A DNA stretch of 64,000 nucleotides, taken from Mycobacteriales bacterium. Its GTDB lineage: Bacteria; Actinomycetota; Actinomycetes; Mycobacteriales; SCTD01. Location of the stretch: assembly GCA_030697205.1 (NCBI GenBank), contig JAUYQP010000049.1:69623-133622 (forward strand), written 5' to 3'. Each line of letters starts with the position of its first letter. Position 1 is the first letter of the stretch. The position numbers and the translations under genes were made by a program. Below, piece after piece: positions 28,163 through 37,630 of the stretch. Below the pieces are notes generated by a model, which was not told the DNA's origin, made no database searches, and saw only the letters and a list, made by a program, of their open reading frames with translations.

Positions 28163-29304
28163 GCGTCGAAGCCGTCGAGCTTGGCGAGCACCTGGAGCAT
28201 CACCTCATCCGCGCCACCGCCGATCGACAGCAGGCGGCTGTCGCGGAAGAACCGCGACGTCCAGGTCTCCTCCATGTAGCCGACGCCGCCGTGGAACTGC
28301 AGGCAGGTGTCGGCGACCTCGCGGATCAGCCGGCCGGAGACGAGCTTGGCCACCGTCGCCAGCCGGGTGGTGTCCTCACCGGCCATGTACGCCTCGGCGC
28401 ACGCGTAGTTCTGTGCCTGCAGCAGGTCGGCCTGCGCGGAGAGCTCGGCCAGGCGGAAGGCGAGGTACTGGTTGCTCATCAGCGGCTTGCCGAACACCTC
28501 CCGCTCCTTGAGGTAGTCGCTGGTCCGGCGCAGCGCCCTCCGGACCGACGTGGGCACCCCGTATGCGGCGAACATGCGCTCGACGACGAACTGCGACATC
28601 TGCTGCTGGAAGCCGCGTCCCTCGACGCCGATGGTGTTCGCCACCGGCACCCGGACATCCACGAATGAGAGCTCCGCGGTGTCGGACGAGCGGTTGCCCA
28701 GCTTGTCCAGCTTGCGGGAGACGGCGAGCCCGGGCGTGGCGGTCTCCACGACGATCTGCGACATCCCGCGGTAGCCACCGTCGTCGGAGGTCCGGGCCAG
28801 CAGGCACAGCCAGTCGGCCTGCGTGCCGTTGGTGATGTAGAGCTTGCTGCCGTTGATGACCCACTCGTCGCCGTCCCGGACCGCGCGGGTGCGGATGGAG
28901 GCGACATCGGAGCCGGCACCGGCCTCGGTGACCGCGATCGAGCAGACCTGCGTGCCGGCGATGGCAGGCGCGAGGTAGCGCCGCTTGAGGTCGTCGCTGC
29001 CGAACTCGTGCAGCGACGGCGTGGCCATGCAGGTCTGCACCCCGATGGCCATCGGGATGCCGGCCGCCCCCGCCCGGGTGAGCTCCTCGCACAGGATCAC
29101 GGTGTAGAGGTGATCGGCACCCTGGCCGCCGTACTCCGGGTCGTACTCCAGCCCGAGCAGTCCCAGCTCACCCAGCTTGGGAAACAGGTCGTGGGCGGGG
29201 AACGTGCCGTCCCGCTCCCAGTCGTCGACGTGCGGCGTGATCTCGCGCTCCACCACGTCGCGCACGACCTTGCGGAAGGCGGAGTGCTCCTCGGTGAAGC
29301 GCAC
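28159..29304 (-). CDS. Acyl-CoA dehydrogenase
   Basis: ~381 aa from GTG 29304 (VRFTEEHSAFRK). Contains CSIAVTEAGAGSDVASIRT and YITNG blocks and the C-terminal ACAD helical domain. Confidence 0.9.
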   Translation of the reverse strand: MRFTEEHSAFRKVVRDVVEREITPHVDDWERDGTFPAHDLFPKLGELGLLGLEYDPEYGGQGADHLYTVILCEELTRAGAAGIPMAIGVQTCMATPSLHEFGSDDLKRRYLAPAIAGTQVCSIAVTEAGAGSDVASIRTRAVRDGDEWVINGSKLYITNGTQADWLCLLARTSDDGGYRGMSQIVVETATPGLAVSRKLDKLGNRSSDTAELSFVDVRVPVANTIGVEGRGFQQQMSQFVVERMFAAYGVPTSVRRALRRTSDYLKEREVFGKPLMSNQYLAFRLAELSAQADLLQAQNYACAEAYMAGEDTTRLATVAKLVSGRLIREVADTCLQFHGGVGYMEETWTSRFFRDSRLLSIGGGADEVMLQVLAKLDGFDA

Positions 29305-29380
29305 GCGCAGAATCCTGTCTCGTCGGCCGGTGTGACCACGGCAACATAGCGCGCCAAGCGGAGGATGCATGCCGTCGTGA

Positions 29381-29986
29381 TTGTATGTTCACCGGATGAC
29401 TCTGAAGACGGTGCGGCGGACGCAGGCGGAGCGCTCAGCCACGACGCAGCGCCTGCTGCTGGACGCCACGGTGGCCTGCCTGGTCGAGCTGGGCTACGGC
29501 GGCACGACGACCTCTGCGGTGGCCGAACGGGCGGGAGTCTCGCGCGGCGCGCAGCTGCACCACTACGGCACGCGCCAGCGCCTGATGGGCGCGGCGGTGG
29601 AGCACCTGGCAGCCCGCCGACTGGAGTGGGTGCAGGACAAGGCCGGCCGCCTGCCCGACGACAGCACCCGCCCGCGCCGGGCGCTCGACCTGCTCTCCGA
29701 GGCTTTGTCGGGGCCGCTGTACGCCGCGACGCTGGAGCTGTACGTCGCCGCCCGCGTGGACAGCGCCCTCCACGAGGCGCTGGTGCCCGTCGAGCAGCAG
29801 CTCACGAGGGAGCTGCGCCGCCTCTGCCGGGAGTACGTCAGTGACGACCCGGTGCTGGTGCAGTTGACGTTGGACCTCCTGCTCGGTCGAGGCGTCGGCT
29901 CGCTGCTCAGCCCGGTCCGTCCGCAACGACAGCGGCAGCTGCTGGACGCCTGGGCCGGCGTCGTGGCGGCGCGAGGTCGGTCGTGA
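29381..29986 (+). CDS. TetR family transcriptional regulator
   Basis: HTH block TSAVAERAGVSRGAQLHHYGTRQ. The start may be ATG 29396. Divergent from the ACAD gene and first gene of a coupled 4-gene operon. Confidence 0.85.
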   Translation: MYVHRMTLKTVRRTQAERSATTQRLLLDATVACLVELGYGGTTTSAVAERAGVSRGAQLHHYGTRQRLMGAAVEHLAARRLEWVQDKAGRLPDDSTRPRRALDLLSEALSGPLYAATLELYVAARVDSALHEALVPVEQQLTRELRRLCREYVSDDPVLVQLTLDLLLGRGVGSLLSPVRPQRQRQLLDAWAGVVAARGRS

Positions 29987-30486
29987 TGGCGTCTGACCCG
30001 ATCGTGCAGCAGTGGGCGCAGGGCTTCTCGGCCTCCTCTGCGGTGTCCGGAGAGCCGGGGGACCGGCTACCGGCACACCACCCGCAGTGCGTGGGCTGCG
30101 GACCGGACAACCCGCACGGTCACCACATGCAGGTCTGGCGGGACGGAGACCGGGTGCGGACCCGCCAGGTGTTCGACCCCCGACACGTCGGCGCTCCCGG
30201 AATCGCACACGGTGGCGCGGTCGCCACGGTGCTGGACGACCTGTTCGGCTTCGTGCTGTACATCGTCGGCGACCTCGCGGTCACCCGGCACCTGGAGGTC
30301 GGGTACCTAGCGCCGGTGCTCCTCGGAGTGCCGTACCTGCTGGAGGCCGGCCTGGACCGGCGTGAGGGTCGCAAGCTGTTCGTCTCGGGCCGAGGGGTGG
30401 ACCAGGACGGAGCGTTGGTGGTCGAGGCGAAGGCGGTGTTCATCGTGGTGGAGCTGGGACACTTCTCCAGAGGGGCTGCCTCGTGA
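29983..30486 (+). CDS. Hotdog-fold (PaaI/4HBT-type) thioesterase
   Basis: 167 aa. HGGAVATVLDD motif and a Cys/His-rich N-terminus, HHPQCVGCGPDNPHGHH. Overlaps the TetR stop. Confidence 0.8.
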   Translation: MMASDPIVQQWAQGFSASSAVSGEPGDRLPAHHPQCVGCGPDNPHGHHMQVWRDGDRVRTRQVFDPRHVGAPGIAHGGAVATVLDDLFGFVLYIVGDLAVTRHLEVGYLAPVLLGVPYLLEAGLDRREGRKLFVSGRGVDQDGALVVEAKAVFIVVELGHFSRGAAS

Positions 30487-31547
30487 GTCACGTGCTGCTG
30501 GACTACCGGCACCGCAGCGCCGGTCACTGCGGCTCCGGGGCTCTTCGCGACCTGATGGACTGGGCCGGGCTGGGCTGGGGCGGGCCACCGGCCGAAGGGC
30601 TGGTGTTCGGCCTGGGAGGCGGGCTCGACTTCTCCTACCTGCGCGTCCCGGGGCTCGTCCCGCCCGTGTACCTGGTCGGTCGCGGCGGTGACCTGGAGGT
30701 CGACCTGCTTGGGCGCCTGGGTGCGAGGGTCGACCTGCGCCGTACGGACGACCCGGTCCTCGGATGGCAGTGGGTGCGCGATGAGCTGGACGCCGGTCGG
30801 CCGGTGATGGTCTGGGCCGACATCGCCGAGCTGCCCTATCTGCGTGTGCGGCTGCAGATGAGCCGGCACGACATCGTGGTCGTCGGCTACGACGACGACG
30901 AGCAGATCGCGTACGTCGTCGACAACGACCGCGACGACGTGCAGCAGGTGCCGTACGACGCGCTCGCTCGCGCCCGCAGCTCCAGAGCGTTCCCGATGCC
31001 CACCCGCCACGCGACGTTCGTCGTCGAGTGGCCGAGCGAGCCGCCCGACCTCGGCGCCACCGCTGCCGAGGCGTTCGCGGCCTCCGCCCTCTCTTTGCGC
31101 AGCGGCGGCCCCGACCTGGTCGATCCGACGCTGCTGCCGGGCGGCTCGGTGATGGGCACCGGCCTCGACGGCGTCCAGCTGTTCGCTGACGACGTCGCCC
31201 GCTGGTCCGAGCTGTGGGACGACGAGACCCTGACCTCGGCGCTGCGCGCGCTGCCGGTCTTCGTCGAGAAGGCCGGGACGGGCGGCGGGCTCTTCCGACG
31301 GCTCCAGGCAGCGGCCTGCCACGACGTCGCGAGCCGGACCGGCAGTCACGCCGTCCGGGTCGCCGCGGAGGCCTACGACCGGTGCTCCGCGGCGTGGAGT
31401 GAGCTCGGCGCCGCGGCTGTGTCACCCGCTTCGCTGACCAGGCGCGCGCGTGATGCCGCTGCGGTGGCGCAGTCGCTGCCTTCGCTCGAGCGCGTCGCGG
31501 CGGACGCTCTGCAGGTCGCAGCCGACGATCTCCAGCACCAGCGGTGA
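30483..31547 (+). CDS. BtrH N-terminal domain / DUF4872-like protein
   Basis: 354 aa. N-terminal AGHCGSGALRDL...GLVFGLGGGLDFSY pattern (putative papain-like Cys). GTGA overlaps at both ends. Confidence 0.7.
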   Translation: MSHVLLDYRHRSAGHCGSGALRDLMDWAGLGWGGPPAEGLVFGLGGGLDFSYLRVPGLVPPVYLVGRGGDLEVDLLGRLGARVDLRRTDDPVLGWQWVRDELDAGRPVMVWADIAELPYLRVRLQMSRHDIVVVGYDDDEQIAYVVDNDRDDVQQVPYDALARARSSRAFPMPTRHATFVVEWPSEPPDLGATAAEAFAASALSLRSGGPDLVDPTLLPGGSVMGTGLDGVQLFADDVARWSELWDDETLTSALRALPVFVEKAGTGGGLFRRLQAAACHDVASRTGSHAVRVAAEAYDRCSAAWSELGAAAVSPASLTRRARDAAAVAQSLPSLERVAADALQVAADDLQHQR

Positions 31548-33886
31548 CGCCGCTGGAGCGGCTCGGTCGCTGGTGCGCCGCGCACGGCTGGCCGGTGGTC
31601 CTGGTGTGGGTGCAGGTGCTGCTGCTGGTCGTGGGCCTGGCGGTGGCCGTCGGCTCGAGCACGAGCGATGACTTCACCGTCCCGGGCTCGGGCAGCAAGC
31701 AGGCGCTCGACCTGCTCGCCGAGCGTTTTCCCGCCCGCGCCGGGGTGGAGGGTCTGCTGGTCCTGCACGCCGACGACGGCGATCTGCGAGCACCTGGGCC
31801 GCGGGCCGCCATCGTTGACGTCGCGGAGCGGCTCGACGATGCGCCCGACGTCACCTCGGTCGCGCTGCCCGAGGACCAGCGGGCCGGCGGCAGGATCAGC
31901 GCTGACGGCAGGACGGCGGTGATCGCGTTCGCTCTCGACAAGGCCTCCGGCGACGTCGATCCTGACGACGTCCAGCGGGTCCTGGAGGCGGCGGCGGCCG
32001 CGCGGGAAGCGGGCATCCGGACCGAGGTCGGCGGAGCGGTCGCTGTCGCGGCCAGCAAGCCGGAGACCGGCGCTGCGGAGGTCGTCGGGCTCACGGCCGC
32101 CGCGCTGATCCTGCTGATCGCGTTCGGTTCCGCCGTGGCGATGTCGCTGCCGCTCGTGACGGCGCTCGTGGGGCTGGGCATCGGACTGGCTGCGCTCAGC
32201 GCGCTCGGACCCGCCTTCGGCATCCCGTCCCTGGCGCCGAGCCTCGCCACGATGATCGGGCTCGGCGTGGGGATCGACTACGCCCTGTTCGTCGTCACCC
32301 GCTACCGGACGCAGCTCGCCGCGGGGATGCCGGTCCTGGACGCGGTCGCCCGCGCCACCGCCACCTCCGGCGCAGCGGTCGTGTTCGCCGGCGTCACGGT
32401 CATGATCGCCATCTGCGGCCTGGCCATCGCCGGCGTCCCTATCCTCGCGGCGGTCGGGTACGCCACCAGCCTTGTTGTCGCTCTGGCTGTCCTGGCGGCG
32501 ATCACCCTGCTGCCGGCTCTGCTCGGCCTGGTCGGCACACGCATCGACCGGCTGCGGCTCCCATGGACGGGCCGCAGCACGGGCGCTGGGTGGCAGCGGT
32601 GGTCGCAGCGGGTCGGCCGCCACCCGTGGGTGTCCGTCGTGCTGAGCTTGACCATCATGCTCGGGCTCGCCGCGCCTGCGCTGAGCCTGCGTCTCGGGCA
32701 GCCCGACAGCGGCAGCGCCTCGACGAGCACTACCGAGCGCCGGGCGTACGACCTGCTCGCCGCCGGGTTGGGCCCAGGGACGAACGGACCTCTGCTCCTG
32801 GCGGTCGACCTGGCCAGTCCGGCGCGACCCGGACCGGAGCCCGCCGACGGCGAGGCAGCAGCGGCCTCAACCGACCCGCGGGGGAGCGACCCGCGTCTGG
32901 CCCGGCTCACGGATGCCGTCGCGGCGCTGCCCGGCGTGGCCAGCGTCGCGGCTCCTCTTGTCGGGCCGGACGGACGCGCAGCGATCGTCGTCGTCATCCC
33001 GACGACGTCGCCCCAGGACCCGGGCACCGAGGCGCTGATCCATCGACTGCGCGAAGACGTCCTGCCGACCGTCACGGCGCCCGGTGACGAGGTCCACGTC
33101 GGTGGACAGACCGCGATCTTCGTCGATCTCGCCGACCGCGTCGCCCAACGGCTGCCGTGGTTCATCGGCGCGGTCGTGCTGCTGTCCTGCGTCCTGCTGG
33201 CCATGGTGTTCCGCTCTCTGCTGGTCCCGCTGCAGGCCGCGGTCATGAACGTGCTGTCCATCGGCGCCGCGCTCGGCGTCGTCGTCGGCGTTTTCCAGAA
33301 GGGCGTAGGACTCGACCTCGTCGGGCTCGAGGAGCCCGTCCCGATCATCAGCTTCGTTCCGCTGATGATGTTCGCCATCTTGTTCGGCCTGTCGATGGAC
33401 TACCAGGTCTTCCTGCTCTCCGCTGTGCGAGAGGCATGGCTGGACAGCGACGACAACCGCGAGGCCGTCACCACCGGACTGGCGCGGACCGGGCGGGTCA
33501 TCACCTCCGCAGCGCTGATCATGATGGCCGTCTTCAGCAGCTTCGTCCTCAGCGACGACCCGCTGCTGAAGATCTTCGGGCTCGGACTCACCATCGCGAT
33601 CCTGCTCGACGCCACCGTCGTGCGGTGCATGCTCGTCCCCGCCGTGATGGTGCTCTGCGGCCGGACGAACTGGTGGCTCCCGCCGACGCTCGATCGCCGC
33701 CTCCCCACGTTCGACCTGGAGAAGGGCCGGGCCGCCACCGACGAGGCCGCAGCCGGCGCAGCGCTCCCACCTGGACCTCGCGGTCAACGCGGTTTCCGTC
33801 GAGGTCAGCGGAAGGATGTCGGGAAGGAGGCGGCGGTCGGCGGTGAGGAGGGCATCGCGGTCGGCCGCTCCGACGGCGACGGCTGA
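31544..33886 (+). CDS. MMPL family (RND-type) exporter
   Basis: 780 aa with a 12-TM MMPL layout and WWLP near the C-terminus. GC3 drops over the last ~45 codons, so the native stop may have been lost. Confidence 0.9.
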   Translation: MTPLERLGRWCAAHGWPVVLVWVQVLLLVVGLAVAVGSSTSDDFTVPGSGSKQALDLLAERFPARAGVEGLLVLHADDGDLRAPGPRAAIVDVAERLDDAPDVTSVALPEDQRAGGRISADGRTAVIAFALDKASGDVDPDDVQRVLEAAAAAREAGIRTEVGGAVAVAASKPETGAAEVVGLTAAALILLIAFGSAVAMSLPLVTALVGLGIGLAALSALGPAFGIPSLAPSLATMIGLGVGIDYALFVVTRYRTQLAAGMPVLDAVARATATSGAAVVFAGVTVMIAICGLAIAGVPILAAVGYATSLVVALAVLAAITLLPALLGLVGTRIDRLRLPWTGRSTGAGWQRWSQRVGRHPWVSVVLSLTIMLGLAAPALSLRLGQPDSGSASTSTTERRAYDLLAAGLGPGTNGPLLLAVDLASPARPGPEPADGEAAAASTDPRGSDPRLARLTDAVAALPGVASVAAPLVGPDGRAAIVVVIPTTSPQDPGTEALIHRLREDVLPTVTAPGDEVHVGGQTAIFVDLADRVAQRLPWFIGAVVLLSCVLLAMVFRSLLVPLQAAVMNVLSIGAALGVVVGVFQKGVGLDLVGLEEPVPIISFVPLMMFAILFGLSMDYQVFLLSAVREAWLDSDDNREAVTTGLARTGRVITSAALIMMAVFSSFVLSDDPLLKIFGLGLTIAILLDATVVRCMLVPAVMVLCGRTNWWLPPTLDRRLPTFDLEKGRAATDEAAAGAALPPGPRGQRGFRRGQRKDVGKEAAVGGEEGIAVGRSDGDG

Positions 33887-34140
33887 GGCTGCCCATCGCC
33901 CGCCTCCCAGGCCTGGTCCAGGTACGGATCAGAGCCGAAGGGGTCCGCGTCTTCCACTGCACTGTCCGGTGCATCGGGGACCGGCTGGGGCAGTCGGCGG
34001 CGGTGCTCATCCATGCACGCATTGCGGACGACGACGGACAACCACGGTCGGACCCGCAGTTCCCTGTCGTCTCGCCGCGCGGCGGCGCACAGCTTGACCA
34101 GGCTCTCCTGGACAACGTCCTGCGCGGTGTGGTGATCCCC
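33805..34140 (-). pseudogene. Possible sigma-70/ECF region-2 remnant
   Basis: Frame reads LGDHHTAQDVVQESLVKL...RPWLSVVVRNACMDEHRRR (region 2-like). There is no region 4 and no convincing start codon. Overlaps the MMPL tail and the opposite-strand RHH-like ORF. Confidence 0.3.
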
Positions 34141-34353
34141 GAGGTGTTCACGCTGTCGGTGCCGGCGATGACGCGGCTGCGCCAGCCCGAGCGGCAGGTG
34201 CTCGACACGCTCGTCGACGCGGGGTGGCGCAGCCGCTCCGAGGCGCTCGCCTGGTGCGTGCGCCCGGTCGTCCGGCGCAGCGCGGACTGGCTCGAGGAGC
34301 TGCGTGAGGCGACGACCTCCGTGCAGCGCGTCCGCGGCGCCGCTCCGCAGTAG
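34129..34353 (+). CDS. Possible ribbon-helix-helix (CopG/Arc-like) small protein
   Basis: GC3 is ~97% from GTG 34129. FTLSVP...LDTLVDAGWRSRSEALAWCVR resembles an RHH strand-helix-helix. The start is uncertain (ATG 34169 is an alternative). Confidence 0.4.
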   Translation: MVIPEVFTLSVPAMTRLRQPERQVLDTLVDAGWRSRSEALAWCVRPVVRRSADWLEELREATTSVQRVRGAAPQ

Positions 34354-34363
34354 CCCGTCCCGC

Positions 34364-34429
34364 CCCCTGGTTGCGTCCTGCAGCCGGCGTTGTACCTCGA
34401 CGCTCGCGCTGCAGGACGCAACACAGGGG
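34364..34429. terminator. Long hairpin between convergent genes (20-bp arms, 25-nt loop)
   Basis: CCCCTGGTTGCGTCCTGCAG...CTGCAGGACGCAACACAGGGG. Lies between the RHH-like ORF stop (34353) and the hemolysin III stop (34457). Shares the GTTGCGTC/GACGCAAC core with family C arms. Confidence 0.5.
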
Positions 34430-34456
34430 AGGGGGTCTACGGAGGCGCCGGGAGGA

Positions 34457-35290
34457 TCAGGACGAGTACGTCGCGAACGACACCGCGACGTAGTGGGTCG
34501 CGAAGGCGGCCAGCGTCAGCGCGTGGAAGACCTCGTGGAAGCCGAACCAGCGCGGTGACGGGTCGGGCCGGCGGGTGGCGTAGACGACCGCGCCCGCGGA
34601 GTAGAGCGCCCCGCCGGCGAGCAGCAGCACGAGCACCGCGACCCCTCCGGAGCGCAGGATCGCGGGCAGGAAGCCGAGCGCGACCCACCCCAGCGCGAGG
34701 TAGAGCAGCACGAAGACCCACTGCGGTGGGCGGTGCGGCGCGTTGCGCAGCAGGATGCCGGTCAGCGCTCCGCCCCACACCACCCCGAGGACGGTCCAGC
34801 GGGTCGCACCGTCGAGCAGCAGCACCGCGAAGGGCGTGTAGGTCCCCGCGATCAGTACGAAGATCATCGAGTGGTCGAGCCGAGCCATGACGGCGTGGGC
34901 CCGCGGGCTCCAGGAGCCGCGGTGGTACGCCGCCGACGTCCCGAACAGCAGCGCGACCGAGGCGGCGTAGACGCTCACCGCGGCGCGCTCCCGCCCGGTG
35001 TCGGCCAGGCAGATGAGCACCGTGCCGGTCACCAGAGAGATGGCGAAGGCCGCCTCGTGCAGGACCCCGCGCAGCCTCGGCTTGATCGCCACGGCTAGGT
35101 CGTGGGCGAGCTCGTGGGCCCGCTCGGCGACGTCATGGGCGACCTCGGTCGCCCGGTCCGCGACGTCGTGGGCGGCTTCGGAGGCCCGCTCGGCGACGTC
35201 ACGGGCCCGGTCGGAGGCCCGGTCGGAGGCCCGGTGGGAGGGACGGTCGGCGGCACGGTCGCTCGGGCGCTCGGGAACGGTGCGCTCCAC
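34457..35290 (-). CDS. Hemolysin III / PAQR family membrane protein
   Basis: 277 aa. Seven TM segments and HSMIFVLIAGTYTPF and FHxxxxxA motifs. Same neighbourhood as Rv1085c/Rv1086. Confidence 0.9.
   Translation of the reverse strand: MERTVPERPSDRAADRPSHRASDRASDRARDVAERASEAAHDVADRATEVAHDVAERAHELAHDLAVAIKPRLRGVLHEAAFAISLVTGTVLICLADTGRERAAVSVYAASVALLFGTSAAYHRGSWSPRAHAVMARLDHSMIFVLIAGTYTPFAVLLLDGATRWTVLGVVWGGALTGILLRNAPHRPPQWVFVLLYLALGWVALGFLPAILRSGGVAVLVLLLAGGALYSAGAVVYATRRPDPSPRWFGFHEVFHALTLAAFATHYVAVSFATYSS
35093..35266 (-). repeat. In-frame coding repeats in the hemolysin III N-terminus
   Basis: SDRA-type 4-mers, then three 11-residue units DVAERASEAAH / DVADRATEVAH / DVAERAHELAH. Confidence 0.7.
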
Positions 35291-35469
35291 GTCGTACCTC
35301 CTGTCCTGCCCCCACCACCATCATGCGCCTGCTTCGCGAGAGTTGCGCAACGGTGCGCGATCTCACAAGGTGGGAGGGTGTCGCGACCGGGTAGGTCCAC
35401 GGCACACTGATCGGATCGCGCCTGGCTCGCGCCCGGACGTCGTCTCGCACCCTCGATGGAGAGGATCCC

Positions 35470-37293
35470 ATGACCACCGCTTCCACGATCCCGGGGCTCG
35501 ACACAGCCCCCACCAAGAACGCCAAGCTGCTGGCGTGGGTGCGGGAGGTCGCCGAGCTCACCAAGCCCGACCGCGTCGAGTGGGCCGACGGCTCCGAGGA
35601 GGAGTGGCAGCGGCTGACGCAGCTGCTCGTCGACAACGGGACCTTCGTCAAGCTCGACGAGGCCAAGCGCCCCAACAGCTTCTACGCGACGTCCGACCCG
35701 AGCGACGTCGCCCGGGTCGAGGACCGCACCTACATCTGCTCCGAGAAGGAGGCGGACGCGGGCCCCACCAACAACTGGATGGCCCCCGCGGAGATGCGCG
35801 AGACGCTCCGCCCGCTGTTCGACGGCTCGATGACGGGCCGGACGATGTACGTCGTCCCGTTCTGCATGGGCCCGCTCGGCTCGAAGATCAGCCAGCTCGG
35901 TGTCGAGATCACCGACAGCCCCTACGTCGTGGTCTCCATGAAGATCATGACCCGCATGGGCCAGGCCGCCCTCGACGAGATCGGTGACGAGGGCTTCTTC
36001 GTGCCGGCCGTCCACACCGTGGGCGCCCCACTGGCCGCCGGCGAGACCGACGTCCCGTGGCCGTGCAGCGACACCAAGTACATCGTCCACTACCCCGAGA
36101 CCCGCGAGATCTGGAGCCACGGCTCCGGCTACGGCGGCAACGCGCTGCTCGGCAAGAAGTGCTTCGCGCTGCGCATCGCGTCGGTCATGGCCCGCGACGA
36201 GGGCTGGATGGCCGAGCACATGCTCATCCTCAAGCTCACGTCCCCGCAGGGTGACGTCAAGTACATCACCGCGGCCTTCCCGAGCGCTTGTGGCAAGACC
36301 AACCTCGCGATGCTCCAGCCGACCATCCCCGGCTGGACCGTCGAGACCGTCGGCGACGACATCTGCTGGATGCGCTTCGGCGAGGACGGCCGCCTCTACG
36401 CGATCAACCCCGAGGCCGGCTTCTTCGGCGTCGCGCCCGGCACCGGCGAGGACACCAACGCCAACGCGGTGCGGACCTTCTACGGCAATTCCATCTTCAC
36501 AAACGTCGCGCTCACCGACGACGGCGACGTGTGGTGGGAGGGCCTCACCGAGGAGGCGCCCGCGCACCTCACCGACTGGAAGGGCAACGACTGGACGCCG
36601 ACGTCGGAGACGCCGGCCGCCCACCCCAACGCCCGCTTCACCACCCCGGCCGGTCAGTGCCCGACCATCGCCCCGGAGTGGGAGGACCCCAAGGGCGTCC
36701 CGATCTCGGCGATCCTGTTCGGTGGCCGCCGCGCCACCGCGGTGCCGCTCGTGACCGAGTCCTTCGACTGGGAGCACGGCGTCTTCATGGGCATGACGGT
36801 CTCCTCCGAGACCACCGCCGCGGCCGCCGGCGCCATCGGCCAGCTGCGTCGCGACCCGTTCGCGATGCTGCCGTTCTGCGGTTACAACATGGCCGACTAC
36901 GCCGGACACTGGCTCGAGATCGGCCAGGCGACCGACGCCGACAAGCTCCCCAAGATCTACGCCGTCAACTGGTTCCGCAAGGACGCCGACGGCAAGTGGC
37001 TGTGGCCCGGCTTCGGCGAGAACTCCCGCGTCCTGTCCTGGATCGTCGACCGCCTCGAGGGTCGCGTCGAGGGTGTTGCGACCGCGATCGGCACCGTCCC
37101 GGCCAAGGCCGAGCTCGACCTCGACGGCCTCGAGATCGACGACCGCGACCTCGACATCCTGCTCTCGGTCGACACCGAGATCTGGAAGCAGGAGGCCGGC
37201 ATGCTGCCGGAGTACTTCGAGCAGTTCGGCGACCACATGCCGAAGGCGCTCGTGGAGCAGCACGCCGCCCTCGTGGAGCGCCTCGAGAAGTAG
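35470..37293 (+). CDS. pckG: Phosphoenolpyruvate carboxykinase (GTP)
   Basis: 607 aa. Blocks [25 protein letters not shown] and [16 protein letters not shown]. Confidence 0.97.
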   Translation: MTTASTIPGLDTAPTKNAKLLAWVREVAELTKPDRVEWADGSEEEWQRLTQLLVDNGTFVKLDEAKRPNSFYATSDPSDVARVEDRTYICSEKEADAGPTNNWMAPAEMRETLRPLFDGSMTGRTMYVVPFCMGPLGSKISQLGVEITDSPYVVVSMKIMTRMGQAALDEIGDEGFFVPAVHTVGAPLAAGETDVPWPCSDTKYIVHYPETREIWSHGSGYGGNALLGKKCFALRIASVMARDEGWMAEHMLILKLTSPQGDVKYITAAFPSACGKTNLAMLQPTIPGWTVETVGDDICWMRFGEDGRLYAINPEAGFFGVAPGTGEDTNANAVRTFYGNSIFTNVALTDDGDVWWEGLTEEAPAHLTDWKGNDWTPTSETPAAHPNARFTTPAGQCPTIAPEWEDPKGVPISAILFGGRRATAVPLVTESFDWEHGVFMGMTVSSETTAAAAGAIGQLRRDPFAMLPFCGYNMADYAGHWLEIGQATDADKLPKIYAVNWFRKDADGKWLWPGFGENSRVLSWIVDRLEGRVEGVATAIGTVPAKAELDLDGLEIDDRDLDILLSVDTEIWKQEAGMLPEYFEQFGDHMPKALVEQHAALVERLEK

Positions 37294-37315
37294 GACCTCC
37301 CTCGTACGACGAAAG

Positions 37316-37348
37316 GAGCCCGTCACCCCGCGCTGGGGTGACGGGCTC
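37316..37348. terminator. Bidirectional stem-loop terminator
   Basis: GAGCCCGTCACCCC-GCGCT-GGGGTGACGGGCTC followed by TT. Lies between the convergent pckG and the small membrane ORF. Confidence 0.7.
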
Positions 37349-37360
37349 TTCGCTGTCCTG

Positions 37361-37576
37361 TCAGGCGGTGCGGCGGTTGCGGATCAGGGCGCGCACGCCG
37401 AGGGCGAGGCTGAAGCCGACGGTGGCGAGGATCGTCAGGCCGAAGCACAGCCAGAACGCGGAGCCCACGTCGGACGCGGTGGAGCTGTCGTTCTCGCCCT
37501 GGCCGATGCCAGCCAGGAACCAGAACGCGACGAGCAGGGTGCCGAGAACGGCGTAGGTCTTCTTCGGTGCTGGCAT
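37361..37576 (-). CDS. Small hypothetical 2-TM membrane protein
   Basis: 71 aa with two hydrophobic helices. No family recognised. Confidence 0.45.
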   Translation of the reverse strand: MPAPKKTYAVLGTLLVAFWFLAGIGQGENDSSTASDVGSAFWLCFGLTILATVGFSLALGVRALIRNRRTA

Positions 37577-37630
37577 GTCTCCCCCAGGTGGTGGTGTGTC
37601 CCACCGTTATAGGAAGATAGGGTCAGGTTG

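Noticed and set aside
29305-29395. Possible operator TGACCACGGCA...TGCCGTCGTGA in the ACAD/TetR divergent spacer
   Set aside because: The arms match only 9/11 and are ~26 nt apart. This is too weak to call without binding data or conservation.
35095-37326. 743-aa minus-strand ORF
   Set aside because: It is the antisense shadow of pckG, whose identity on the + strand is unambiguous. The translation is low-complexity (runs of G, R, D, V).
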